Below are positions 12,362 to 25,124 of a stretch of DNA of 64,000 bases, piece by piece. Numbering within the stretch: the first letter of the stretch is position 1; each line of letters begins with the position of its first letter. The notes beneath the pieces are model-generated. The model was given only the letters and a program-made list of their open reading frames with translations, searched no databases and had not been told where the DNA came from. The translations under genes were made by a program, and so were the position numbers. Origin of the DNA: Sphyrna mokarran (Eukaryota); NCBI GenBank assembly GCA_024679065.1, contig JAGIQG010000011.1, positions 34,658,001 through 34,722,000 on the forward strand, read 5' to 3'.

Positions 12362-12655
12362 TTTAAAGTTTATTTATTAGTCACAAGTAGGCTTACATTA
12401 ACACTGCAATGGAGTTACTGTGACAATACCCTAGACGTCACACTCCAGTGCCTGTTTGGATACACTGAGAGAAACTTTAGCATGGCCAATGCACCTTACC
12501 AGCACAATTTTTGGACTGTGAGAGGCAACTGGAGCACCTAAAAGGAACCCACACAGATACAGAGAGAATGTGTAAACTTCACATAGACAGTGACCCAAGC
12601 CAGGAATCGAACTCAAGTCCATGGCACTGTGAAGCAGCAGTGCTAACCATTGTGA
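12362..12655 (-). mobile_element. V-SINE with HE1 head and alternative 3' tail
   Basis: HE1 head and V-domain, but the tail is ...gtgactaataaataaacttt instead of the CR1-type tail. Confidence 0.8.
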
Positions 12656-12909
12656 AAATTGGTAGAATCAAGATTTTGCTTGAGATATAAGAAATAATAA
12701 ATACAATAAAAATCTTGTGCTGTATAGTGTACACCCAGAATTATTTCATGTCCTTTCCACAATATTCCACCAGCAATGATTACTTCCTCCTTACCCACCC
12801 ACCAGTGTTATATTTGTCAACTATTAAAGAACCTCAGGCCTGCAGTTACTTTTTAACTTGGCCACTTGTTTGAGTTTTAATGCTGGTTCATCTCATCCAT
12901 CCCATTTAC

Positions 12910-13370
12910 ATGAAGAAAAGGGATGAAAGAGGAGTGGACTAAAGTGTCATAGAGGAATGGTTCCTGCAGAATGCTGATGGGGTAGGGTGTGGGAGGAGAT
13001 GCACGTTTTCATGGTGGCATCATGTGAAGTTGACAGAAACGGTAGAGGATAATCCTTTGAAGAGGAACACTCATACCTAGCTCCCTGAAAAGATTCCATC
13101 TCATTCTCCTGGTTTCTCTGCTCCCGTTATAGCTATGTCAATGATGCCACCTTCAAGATCAGCACTTCTGATATGTTGAGACAAAGTTTCTCTCTTTCTG
13201 TGATTGACAAGGTACTCAACTGGATCTGATTCATTTTCCACATCTGTCCTCATCTATTGTCCTCCTTGCCAGAGCCACAAGAAGGTTTTTCTTGTCTTCA
13301 CTTTTCATCCCATCAACTTCTACATTCAAAGTATTCCTAACATTTCTACACTATCAAACTCCATTCTCAG
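12910..13370. mobile_element. Penelope-like element fragments in opposite orientations
   Basis: 13065-13330 (+) encodes degenerate KDSIxFSxFL...LVFTFHPINFYIQ. 12910-13062 (-) continues with QRIIL...HDAT, i.e. the PLE region between RT and GIY-YIG. Confidence 0.6.
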
Positions 13371-13669
13371 TCATACATTGTCAAAACAATGTTATATCAT
13401 GGGAAGTGATTATCTATATAACATTCAATTGGTAAACTATTCTAGAACTTCCCTAAAATATTTGATTAGTAAAGTTTCATATTTATTGCTTCTACAAGAG
13501 CCAGTAGTTCCATAGCAAAAATACTTTTAACTATCCTATTTATTTTCTCAGCTTCCCAGGCAAGATTATTTATTTTTGCCCACCTAGAATATTGTAAAAC
13601 TAGTTATATTCAAATCCAGAAGATTAACGTGAGAAATATCACTTACAAGGAATAAATTCATGTTCTTTT

Positions 13670-14095
13670 TATTTCCCAAGGCTGGAAACCTGAATATGCA
13701 TTTTTCTGTATTTAATTTTACAAAAATATTTTATTTTGCCTTAAAACATCCCTGACTACAGTATGTATCACATTGGTACTTAGTTCCAATATGTCAAACC
13801 TGTTATCCAATATTATCTGGGTGCACACTCAATTCAACTGTCCAAGGAAGCTTCTTATTTACTCTGTTCCTTCTACAGATGCAAAATCATCTTTTTCTGA
13901 TGATCTAGCCCAATTTATCAGGATACAAGTAACATTTTCCAGATAAGATTGTTGATTCAAGGTTACCCATAACCTATTCTGCTTAACGTTTAATCCTAAA
14001 AGGTTAAAAGTCCCTGAAACCCAACTTTTAATCTCAAATTTCCCATTAATCTTATTTATAACAAATCGCTTAAGTTCTACAGAAACTTCCCATGG
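13670..14095 (-). mobile_element. Ty1/copia LTR retrotransposon RT relic
   Basis: FNLLGLNVKQNRLWVTLNQQSYLENV...E*IRSFLGQLN*VCTQIILDNRFDILELST...DVLRQNK matches the copia RT C-terminal pattern (FxYLGL, LxQxxY, RSLIGxLNW, RPDIxF). Two in-frame stops. Confidence 0.7.
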
Positions 14096-15039
14096 AAAAT
14101 TATTAACTTGCACCATATAGATGTCTGGGAGTTCCCTGTGTACTAGCAATAGACGATAGCTAGATCTGCTTTTAGTTGCGTACAGCCTACTTTCAGCAAG
14201 AGAGATCTGAGAAATCATTCTGACCATAAACACATTCATTTAATTTCCACATCTTCCCTTCTACATTACTTACTTCTTGAGGTGATTTCAAAATACTTCT
14301 GCCTGTAATTTTTCTCTCTGCAAAAATATAACTTTTACGTCAATTGATTGGCATTCTCAGAAATTACATGGCCAACAGATCGAAGAGATATTTATTTTAA
14401 GGATTATTTTTCTTGCCCTGGGGGAGTCCACTTTCACATCTCTATCTCCAAGTCTCTCTCTGAAACCCCAAGCCAGTAGTTTCACTTCAACCTTATACAT
14501 CCTTTCTTAAGAGTTTTTCCCTATATATCTGCAATAATGAAATACCCAGTGTCCAAATACTGGTGAAGTAACAACTGATTATTAACAAGAAGAAAGGATT
14601 GTTTACAAGGACTATTTCACAGCAAGAAAACAGCACTATCAAAACTATATACCTATTGTCCAGGCCCCAATCACAGGGTTTAAAGTCCACTCTGCAGCTC
14701 CAAATTGCACATGCTGTTATCCCATAGGTCAGGGAGTCAAGGTTCCAAGGTTCACCGAAATCTCGGATGAGAAGATCACATGGTCTCCAAAGTTGCTGTG
14801 ACAATATCCATTTAGTAATAAGGTTGTCTGCTGTCTATCTGAAACTTCGGAGCGCAGGAAAATTCCTTCCAACTATCCAACTGTTTTTGTTCTGTTTCTC
14901 TTAATAATTTGTCTCCTAATTCTTCTTGGCAGTTACAAAAATCTCCCGGTCATAAGGGCATCTACCTCTGGTAGTATGCCCAGGTCATTCTGCAATCACT
15001 GATGCTCAGTTTGGGTTCCTCAGGGTCATTCTACTTCTA

Positions 15040-15350
15040 ACCTCATTACAGCCTTGATTCAAACATGGACAGCAGAGCTGAATTCCAGGAGATGAGGCAA
15101 AAGTGACTATCCTTGACTTCAAGGCTTCACATAACTGAGTGTGGCATCAGGGACTCCTAGCAAAAGTGGACTCAATGGGAATCAATGGGAAAACTCTTCA
15201 TTGGTTGGAGTTGCAAAAAACGAAGATGCTTGTGATGTTGGAAATCAAACATCTCAATTCAAGGACATCATCACAGGTGTTCCTCAGAGTAGTGTCCTAG
15301 GTCAAAGCATTTTCAACAGTTTTATCAATGACCATCCTTCCATCATAAAG
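15040..15350 (+). mobile_element. CR1-superfamily LINE 'family B' RT fragment
   Basis: DIITGVPQSSVLGQSIFNSFIND RT motif; homologous to 38200-38500. Confidence 0.7.
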
Positions 15351-15919
15351 TTTGCCAAAAATGCCTTCATGCTCTTTCATTCTGACTGTAACTTTTTTGT
15401 TATACTGATGGAATCCCAAAATTGAATTTGAACAATCCCAAAATGCCACCATCATTGAACTCTCCATCTTTTGTGACACCATGAAATAGCCCATGTGGGT
15501 AATCAAAGCTGCTGGAAATGATTGGGACTTTTTTTAATACAGCAGAAATTTGATCCAAAAAAGTACCTTTTTATGGGATCCAAACACCAGTTAAGAATAG
15601 GTCTGTTCTGCTTGCACAACATGTTAGCATGATTCAGCAATTTAAATGCCACCACAGAACAGAGAATTTCCAAATTGAATTTCTGCATTCCTTTTCCAGT
15701 CAGCTGATATCAAAGATCTGTTCCTCTATGGAATCAATTTCCGTTTTTTGAAATTCATCAAAGTCTGATTATGTCACGTGAGCATCTATTCTATTATCTT
15801 TCTTGTAAATTTCATTCTTGAAGTTTCAGGAAATGAAACACATACTTTGAAAAGATACTGGAAGTCACACCCAACGTCTGAATAAAAATTAAGTATTTCT
15901 AAGGATTGTTCACAATTAT

Positions 15920-16047
15920 GGACAGAACTTTACAATCCTGACACGATAGGAAGGGGTGGAAAAAAGTGGTGAGCCATTAAAATGTCCATTGATTTTAGCA
16001 GGACCAAAATGTTCCACCAGCGTGACAGGCCATAAAATTCTCTCCTT
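15920..16047. mobile_element. Harbinger-type MITE
   Basis: Imperfect TIRs ggacagaacttta...taaaattctctcc. Confidence 0.4.
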
Positions 16048-16237
16048 GGGTCTGTGTGGTTACAGTGTGTAATGTCCTACCCATGTTATGGATTGTGGGT
16101 TTTAAACAAAATTAAAAGTTGTGGTTTGCACAAGTAGAATCAAACCAACACCAACAAGGTTTATTTTAAGAGCTCTGGCCTCTACAGAGTACAAACTGAA
16201 AATACATTGCATCCTGCATAGCACATTTGCCTTCAGT

Positions 16238-17698
16238 ATTTGATTTGATTTGATTTATTGTCACATGTATTGGTAAACAGTGAAAAGTATTGTTTCTTGC
16301 GCATTATACAGACAAAACATACCATTCCCAGAGAAAAAAAAGATAGAGTGCAGAATATAGTGTTACAGTCACAGCTAGGGTGTAGAGAAAGATCAATTTA
16401 ATGTGAGGTAAGTCCATTCAAAAATCTGATGACAGCAGAGAAAAAAATGTTCTCGAGTCAGTTGTTGATGTCCTCAGACTTTTATTTCTTCTTCCTGACA
16501 GAAAAAGGTGAAAGAGAGCATGTCCAGGGTGTGTGGAGTCCTTAATTATGGTGGCTGCTTTTCTGAGGCACCAGGAAATGTAGACAGTATCAATGGGTGG
16601 GAGGTTGGTTTACGTGATAGCGTGGACTTCATTCATGACACTTTGTAGTTTTTTGCAGTCTCGGACACAGTGCAGGAGCCATACTAAGCTGTGATACAAC
16701 TGGAAAGAAAGCTTTCTATGGTATTCTATGTATTTGTAAAGGTTGGTGAGAATCACAGTGGACATGCCAAATTTCCTTAGTCTTCTGAGAAAGTAAGGGC
16801 ACTGAAGCTTTCATAACTATAGTGTTGGCATGGGGGGAATCAAGACAGGTCGTTGGTGCTCCGGACACTTAAAAACTTGGAGCTCTCAATCAATTCTACT
16901 TCATCATCATTGATGTAGACAGGGTCATGTCGGTCCACTGTACTTTCTGAAGTTGATGACTATCTTCTTCATTTTGTTGACACTAAGAGACAGATTTTTG
17001 TCGTCGCATTTGTGATGTTATCACAATGTCGCACGTTGCAAGTGTGAGGTCATCCACTTTGGAAGGAATAACAGTAAAATGGACTATTATTTAAATGGTG
17101 AAAAATTACAACATGCTACTATGCAGAGGGATCTGTGGGTCCTTGTGCATGAATCACAAAAACTCAGTTTGCAAGTGCAGCAAGTAATCAAGAAGGCAAA
17201 TGGAATGTTGGCGTTTATCGCGACAATGGTGGAGTATAAAAGGAGGGAGGTGTTGCTGCAATTGTACAAGGTACTGGTCAGGCCACACCTAGAGTACTGT
17301 GTACAATTTTGCTCCCATTATTTAAGAAAGGATATATTATCTTTGGAGGAGGGCAGAAAAGGTTCACCACATTGATTCTGGAGATGAGGGGGTTAGCTTA
17401 TGAGAAGAGATTGAGTAGACTAGGCCTATATTCATTGGAGTTTAGAAAGCTGAGGGGAGATCTTATTGAGACATATAAGATAATGAAGGAGCTAAACAGG
17501 GTAGAAGCAAAGAAATTATTTCCACTTAGAATGGAAACAAGAACTAGAGGGCACAGCCTCAAAATAAGTGTCCTCATGCTATGGACCTGTTGCAGCAGTA
17601 TGCAAACTGTAGTGAATCCAGGTGATCTGTGATGCTGGCCATGACTAATCCTTCAAAGCACTTCATAATGATAGATGTCAGAGCCACCAGGCAACAGT
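16238..17698 (-). mobile_element. Rex-Babar-like LINE interrupted by a CR1 fragment
   Basis: (tttga)n tail at 16238. The RT motif LVALTSIIMKCFE...LDSLQFAY lies at 17570-17698 on the minus strand. Confidence 0.7.
17030..17570 (+). mobile_element. CR1 LINE ORF2 C-terminal fragment
   Basis: KKANGMLAFI...LYKVLVRPHLEYCVQF...LGLYSLE...RGDLIETYKI...TRGHSLK. Confidence 0.9.
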
Positions 17699-17729
17699 GG
17701 AAATAGATAATATTCATCTATTGAGAAGG

Positions 17730-19140
17730 CTAATGTTGTTTCACAGACTCCAAGTGCTAGATGTCAACTTCCAGGGATGACAGTATCAATCAGAGATCTG
17801 GTTTCACATCAGGTTTATTTCAATATTTGGTTTTCAATGCGACAAGCTCTGAAATTCCAGTTCTGCAAAGGTAGGTTGTAGGAAAAGGTATCAGAAACTT
17901 TATTGCCTTGTCAGACAGTTCTGGTTATTCTGAAGCAACTGTGAGCCAAATAGTTCTGAGGAAATCCAGCTTTAAAGCATTGTCATAGGATAGTTCCAAA
18001 GGCTGTCTTGCTCTCATGAGATCAGGCTTGTGAGAATATCATCATAGAATCTGTAAATTACAGAAGGATGTCATTTGGCCCATTGAGCTCACACCAATCC
18101 CACCCTATGCACATAACCACACATATTTACCCTCTTAATCCTCCCCGAAACCAGGGTCAATTTAGTATGATCAATCAATCTAACCCATACCTCTTTGAAC
18201 CGAAAATAAACAGACTGGACTGGAGGAAATCCATGCAGAGATGGGGAGAATGTGCAATCAAGGCTTACAAAGGGATTTCATATCCAGTTGAACTTTGTGT
18301 CAAGAGCATGGAAATACTTGTTAGCTGTGTTTGCAAACTTTGCAGATGCTCATGTTTCACACTATTTAGAAGCTGCATTTCTGCTGTGGCCAGAAATACT
18401 GACAGATTTACAAACGAGTCATAATTGGAATGCTGTAGTTGTTGGCCCACATGTCTATTTACTTGACCATTACTTCTATTTTGTCCTGCACGTGAAAAAC
18501 TGCTACTGATTTTCCCTGAAGATTCAGATTGAGACCATTTAAATGATCAGAAATAACTGCCATATATGCCAATTTGGCAAACTCACTGAAAATCACAGTA
18601 GTGTTGTGAAAGTTCAAACTTTGAGTCAAGAAAGAAAGATTTCACTTCATCATGCATTTTGAAAGCACAACAAGTACTTTTCCTTGGGAGAACCAATAGA
18701 CATCAGTGTGCAGAAGTAGTGATAGTGATCACTGCTCATCTCATCACATAGAGCAGAAAATAATCACAAATTCAATGGAAAGGCCTTGATAAAATTGACT
18801 GTTTTAACTGTTTCCTTCAAAACATCATGAGAGCAGCATGCACTTTCTTTGCAGCTAACACCTTCCTATGGATGCTGCAGTGAATGGATGTTGTTTGTGA
18901 AGCCACTGCCCTTACACACTTATCAACCTCACTGTGTTGGCCTAACATTGCATAGGCTCCATCTATGTTAACTCCTACACATATTGACCAATCAACCTCA
19001 TTGCGAATAATAATACAACATTGATTATGATACAATGAAGTACACATAATTGTATTTTCTTTCTCTACAGGCCATCTTATTCAATAAATACTTTTCTCTG
19101 TGGTGCAATATCCGTTCATTAATCAGACACACCCAAACAT
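17730..19140 (-). mobile_element. hAT (Buster/Charlie-like) transposase relic with HE1 insertion
   Basis: Minus-strand motifs DWSICVGVNIDGAYAMLG, IHCSIHRKVLAAK, VKTVNFIKA, LLLHTDVYWFSQGKVL, and the hATC dimerisation domain PELSDKAIKFLIPFPTTYLC. Confidence 0.85.
18045..18258 (-). mobile_element. HE1-like V-SINE fragment inside the hAT relic
   Basis: catagaatc tail and gggtcaatttagtatgatcaatcaatctaacc. Confidence 0.7.
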
Positions 19141-21076
19141 TTCCTTCATCTTCAGTTCACTGATATGTAGTTCATTGTTATCTTTACCTTGACACCTTAT
19201 GAAATTAAAAAATATTGTCTAACTTACCCGCTGACACATATAACCTTAACAGATCAAAGAAGACAATAAAATAAAAACCCAAAATTAATTAAGGAGTCTG
19301 ATTTTAAGATTCTTTCAGTTGAATAAAGATCATTACAAGCATGTATTGTTTCATATTATAGCACAAACATCTATTCTTTAAATACAGAATAGAATAGAAA
19401 ATAAAAACATAAAACTAAATATGTTCCTCAATTTACAGGACAATTAACAAGATATATTATTATTTTTAATGAGGAGGCAACAATAACTGGAGGAAGCACC
19501 TCCCACTGTTATTACTACATTGTTGATTTAGCTTCTAAAGAAATAAGGTAAAGTTCCCGACATGTTCCCAGCACTGAATAGTTTGGGGCAAAAGGATGTG
19601 TTTTGATAAAAATTGAAATCATCATGTCAGTTCTTTACAAACACAAAGAAACATCTTTTGCAAAGCACTCTCCAACAAAGACAGTGGCATTTTAATAATT
19701 GGCTCCTAAATAATCGGCATTTACAGAAGACACAAAAAGAAGCTGGGAAAGTTATCAGGAATAGAGAAACTGTGAAAGGAATTGTGTCTGTCTGTGTGTT
19801 TGTACGTTTCCAACAAACTTTCTTCTGTGTAAGTGAGTCCCCTTCATTGGGGGTTTGGTTACAGAGATTGTGTAAATTATAAATTGATTTACCTCATGAC
19901 TTTCACAGATTGGAATATGGACTGTACTTCAAAAGTTTTCACAGTTTCAGTCTATAAATACAGATAACGAGGGATTCTGCCTAAACAATTAACAGATGTC
20001 ATAATCCAATTCAGCTTGCAGGAAGTGGGCATTTCATGTCTGATGATATGAGGTTACTTATAGTTGGACAGATGACTCATTCTTTTCCACTCTTGATTTG
20101 TGGCCCACCATACATAGGTTGTGACTCAAGTATTTTGGCATGGGAAGGGTGGGGAGGTGGGGGCGGACAGGAGGACTGACCTCAGTTTCCCTGAATTCCT
20201 AATTAACAACAAGTGATTTGTCTTGAGTAATCATCTGCAGGGCTGCACATCTACATCTAACAAAAAAGTTCCAAATGCTCTCTTACATAACATGCTGGCA
20301 GACTTTGTTTCCTGAAGTCACTTCTAAATGATTTCTAGCGTAGAAGTCAAAGCTATGGTAAATATTTGGCAATGACATTCTACAGTATCTTCTGATCTTA
20401 AAGTTCTACTTTCTTTAGCATGTGTTGCAGCTGCTCTAATGCACTGATAGAGAAATTGCCAGTGATTTTTCGATCATTTAAATTTCTAAATGGTATCCTG
20501 CTTTTATCGGAGAACATATTGCCATAGGGACATGAAGGAAAGCAAATTTGGTACACTACTTGGAATGCCTTGGTATCTTTTAAATAGATAAATCTTTTAT
20601 AGCAACTTGAATAATGAGACATTACAGAATTTGTTGAAGTATTGGTATGGACATGTAACTTGTCCATTGGGATATAGGAAAAAAAAATGGTGGTTAAGAA
20701 TTGAAAGGAAAAGATTGGAATGTTGAAATGAAAATACAAATGCTGGAATTATGCAGCAAGTTCACCACTGCCTGAAAAGAGACAGACCATACAACAAAAA
20801 CCAAAAATGCTGACAACATAAAGCAGGTCAGTCAGCAATGTTCAGAGAGAAACAAGTTATTTATGTATGTAATGCTTCATTAGAATTGAAAACAGGAAAA
20901 ATGAGCAGATATTTTACAAGGATCAGATTAAAGGAATTGAGGAAGCAATGCAGAAGTGTCAGTAACATGATCACTAAAACATCTACAAAAATAAAACAGT
21001 CTGACTCCAAGTCACATCCAGTTTAATTTCCCATTCAATTCTCATTCTGGTCTCTTTGTCATTGGCTTTCAACTTT

Positions 21077-21375
21077 CATAGAATCATGGAATACAGTACA
21101 GAAGGAGGCCATTCAGCCCATCGAGTCTGCACTGACCACAATCCCACTGAGGCCCTATTGTTGTAACCCCACTCCTGTAATCCCCCTAATATTGGGTCAA
21201 TTTAGCATGGCCAATCAACCTAATCCACATATCTTTGGACTGTAGAAGGAAATCCATGCAGACATGTGGAGAATGTGCAAACTCCATGCAGAAGTGACCT
21301 GAGACCGGAATTGAACCCGGGTCCCTGGCACCTCTTAGGCAGCTTTGCTAACCATTGTGTCACCATGCCACCCAA
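21077..21375 (-). mobile_element. HE1-like V-SINE
   Basis: Full head, V-domain and catagaatc tail. Confidence 0.85.
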
Positions 21376-21749
21376 CAACATTCTATTGCAATCTCAAAGA
21401 ACAGCACCCCTTGGCACAGCCTAAGGCCTTAACAATTACTTTTAACTGCTGCAAGCTCTAACTATAATCATCATTTTCTCAACAAAGTGGAGTTTCAGGC
21501 AAAATGGCTGTGCGTGTTAGCATCAGGTGGGGAGGCAGAGTGAAATTTGAGTTGGATAAGCTTCATCATTTTGTAGTCCAAGCCGTCCTTCTCAACTTCT
21601 TTTTGGTTATTGGGTGTGACTATTTTGCTATCTACTTCAACTCATACCTTACTTATGCAATTTGTTAAGATGCCCGTTGTTCCTTCAAATTCTTTCTGAA
21701 CTATTTCACCACCAATCATGGACTACATGTGTCAGCTATGTCTTGATGG

Positions 21750-22480
21750 GTGGGGGCATTGGGAGTTGGTGGGGTGGAATGGTAGACAGGGGTGAGTATA
21801 AAATTGGGTGCCAATTAATAATAAGCGATGATAGTCCAAGAATCAGCTCATCAACACTATTAACTTCCTGGTAGCAGGAGAAGTGTTGGGCAGTCCATTC
21901 ATCAGTCCATCAATTGAAGCCATTGAATGGTAATTATTTGCTACTTAAAGGCCTCACCTATCTGGCACACATCTGGTCAACAGGCCACCAGGAAATATCT
22001 GACAAGCTTTGATGATGGGTTGAGGGAATGTCTCCTTGATAGGCACCCAGTCCCCATCGGAAGCTCCCATAAGATATAAACTTCTGGCATTCCCCTTCCT
22101 GTGCTCCCCTTTGTCCTCACTAATCCTGTCTCACTCTTTCCTCATTGGGGCATGCAAGCTTCACCGTTGTGAAAGCCCAGAGTCAGGCTACATCATGGTT
22201 ACAATGCTGAACGCCTTCCTCTCGGCCTCATTGCTGTCCTAGAGATGGCCACCAATCTCAGTGGCACTGCTAGGACATGACAGCTGCCAGCCCTGCAATT
22301 GGTCAGCAGCGTCTGAGGCAGAACATCCTCTTGCTGAGGGACAGATGTCCTACTCAAGACAATTAAAGGGCCATCAGCTATTTAATGATAGCGAGGTGAG
22401 CCAGCCGAGCAGAAGCAGGCTTGTCCCTGACTTTTATGTGAGGATTGGAATCACTGTTCCCAGGGTAAACATCAGCCCCA
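21750..22480. mobile_element. GC-richer non-autonomous DNA element (Harbinger-like)
   Basis: Composition shift and a terminal aaacatcagcccc resembling the gggc-gaatt TIR family; boundaries are uncertain. Confidence 0.35.
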
Positions 22481-23894
22481 CCTTTGACAATGCAGTACTC
22501 CATCAACCTGAATTAAATTGCACCTGTCATGGTTCTGCATGCTTCCATATTTTCTCCAGATCCTTTTGTAGTTTGAGTTGCCTCCTTCCTGCCTTATTAT
22601 CTGCTAATTTAACTATTGGCATCACATATGTGATTCCAGGTCATTGATGAAAGTGGTGCTCTTGAGTACAATCCTTAGGGAATACCAAAATAATGTATTA
22701 AACAAATATTTACTGTTTCCTATCCTCCAGGCAGTTACTTATCTACTTCCAAGATTTACTTAGAGTCACCCCAAGTTTGAGCTTAACTAACAATCTTCCA
22801 TGTGGAACTTTGGCAAATACTTTTTTGGAAGTCTAATTACACCACATTACTTCCCACAGTCCATTTTGCTACCACTTCCTACAAACAAGTCAAGTTGTTT
22901 AGTTAGGCAGAATCTTTCTGACCAAAGCAATGTTAACTGATGCTTGCTAGAAGTTCACGTAAATCTAAAGTTCTTTTTTATATAGAACTCAAATGCAACT
23001 AATGGGCCTCTGGTTAGTTGTATCTCATTTTTAAAATATCTCTCTGAAAGTAGGTAACATTTTGGTCTGTTTTCAATCTAATGGTAGATTCTCAGTGACT
23101 GGTGACTGCTTCAAGATGCTTGTTAGTGCAAATGAAAGAATGAAATAGTCTTCCTGAGAGGCACACTGAATTTTGTGAGAATAGTATGGAGAACTGAAGA
23201 CAGGTTGTACTGCAAATGCATATAGGGTTTATAAGATGACTGTTTTCAATGAGGTAAAACTGTTGGATTTTTCCCACTATTACTCAAAGTATCTTGAATC
23301 TTTTTATTATTATTTATATTAGTTCCTTTCTTGCATTTTCTTTCTTGGAGGCAGAAATTCAGAAAAAAAAATCCCAAGTAAATGCAAAGAAATGAATGTG
23401 TCTTAAATTAACCTCATAGGCAATATTACTTCAGATTGTGACAACAATGGAATAAAATTACTGTCCTTCCCAACACAATAATTAAAACCGGTGTATGTTC
23501 CTGGGAGCAGATCCACCAAATTAATCTGGAATTCAGCCAAACAACTAATTATCACACTGTATAGTTTACTTGATAATGACATGTGATCACATGAAGAAAA
23601 AATATCAGTTGTCCTTTGTTCAACCTCTGGAAAAACAGATTGCACCGACACCATATCTATTCTGCAGTAATTTATTCTGCAATTACTTCAAGTCACCATT
23701 AAACAACAAACAAACAGGGCGTAGTTGTTACATTACTGGACTAGTAATTCAGAGGATGAATATTTTGCAAATATAAACTCAAATTCCTCCTCAAATTTAA
23801 ATTCAATTAAAGAAATAAAGTTTTTTTAAAAGTAACTGGTATCAGTAATGGTGAACATGTAATGACTAAGTTGTCAAAATAACAGAAGGAATAT

Positions 23895-25115
23895 GTTCGT
23901 ATCTCACAACCTTGATTGAGTTTTTCGAGGAAGTGGCGAAGATGATTGATGAGGGTAGGGCAGTGGATGTTGTCTACCTGGACTTTAGTAAGGCTTTTGA
24001 CAAGTTCCCTCATGGCAGACTGGTGCAGAACATGAAGTTGCAGGGGTTCAGAGGTGAACTGGCAAGGTAGATACAAAACTGGCTTGGTCAAAGAAGACCG
24101 AGGGATGCCTTTCTGAATGGAGGGCTGTGGCAAGTGTTGTTCCTCAGGGATCAGTGCTGGGACCTTTGCTGTTTGTAATATATATAAATGATTTGGAGGA
24201 AAATGTAACTGGATTGATTAGTAAGTTTGCGGACGACACAAATGTTGGTGGATTTGCGGATAGCGATGAGGACCATCAAAGGATACAGCAGGATATAGAT
24301 CAGTTACAGACTTTGGCGGAAAGATGGCAGATGGAATTTAATCCTGACAAATGTGAGGTAATGCATTTTGGAAGATCTAATTTAGATAGGAAATATACAG
24401 TAAATGGCACAACCCTTAGGAGTATTGATAAGTAAAATGATTTACAGGTACACAGGTCATGGAAAGTGGCAATGCAGGTGGAGAAGGTAGTCAAGAAGGC
24501 ATACAGCATGCTTGCCTTCATTGGCCGTGATATTGTGTTTAAAAATTGGCAAGTCATGTTGATACTTTATAGAACCTGAATGAGGCACACTTGGAACATA
24601 GTGTTCAAATCTGGTCGCCACACCACCAGAAGGATATAGAGGCTTTGGAGAAGGTACAGAAAAGATTTACCAGGATGTTGCCTGGTATGGAGGGCATTAG
24701 CTATGAGGAGAGGTTGGAGAAACTTGGTTTGTTCTCACTGGAGCGATGGAGGTTGAGGGGAGACCTGATAGAAGTCTACAAGTTTATGAGAGGTACGAAT
24801 AGAGAGGATAGTCAGAAACTATTTTCCAGGGTGGAAGAGTCAATTACCAGAGGGCATAAGTTTAAGGTGCAAGGGGCAAGTTTTAAAAGAGATGAACAAG
24901 GCAGATTTTTTACACAGAGAGTGGTGGGTGCCTGGAACTCCTTGCCTGGGGATAGTCGAAGTGGGTAGTCACTTTTAAGGGGCATCTCGACAAGTACATG
25001 AATAGAATGTGAATAGAGGTCTCCAGAAGCTTAGGGGTTTTAGTTGACAGCATGGTTGGTGCAGGCTTGGAGGACTGAAGGGCCTGTTCATATGCTGTAA
25101 TTTTCTGTGTTCTTT
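23895..25115 (+). mobile_element. CR1 LINE, 5'-truncated (RT and 3' UTR), with stops and frameshifts
   Basis: AVDVVYLDFSKAFDK, VPQGSVLGPLLFVIYINDL, KFADDT, WQMEFNPDKCEVMHFG and FFTQRVVGAWNSLP. Confidence 0.95.
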
Positions 25116-25124
25116 GTAATAGTT

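Noticed and set aside
14110-15000. Possible gypsy gag/protease and LTR relic
   Set aside because: Only a faint DTG-like motif across frameshifts, which is insufficient to call.
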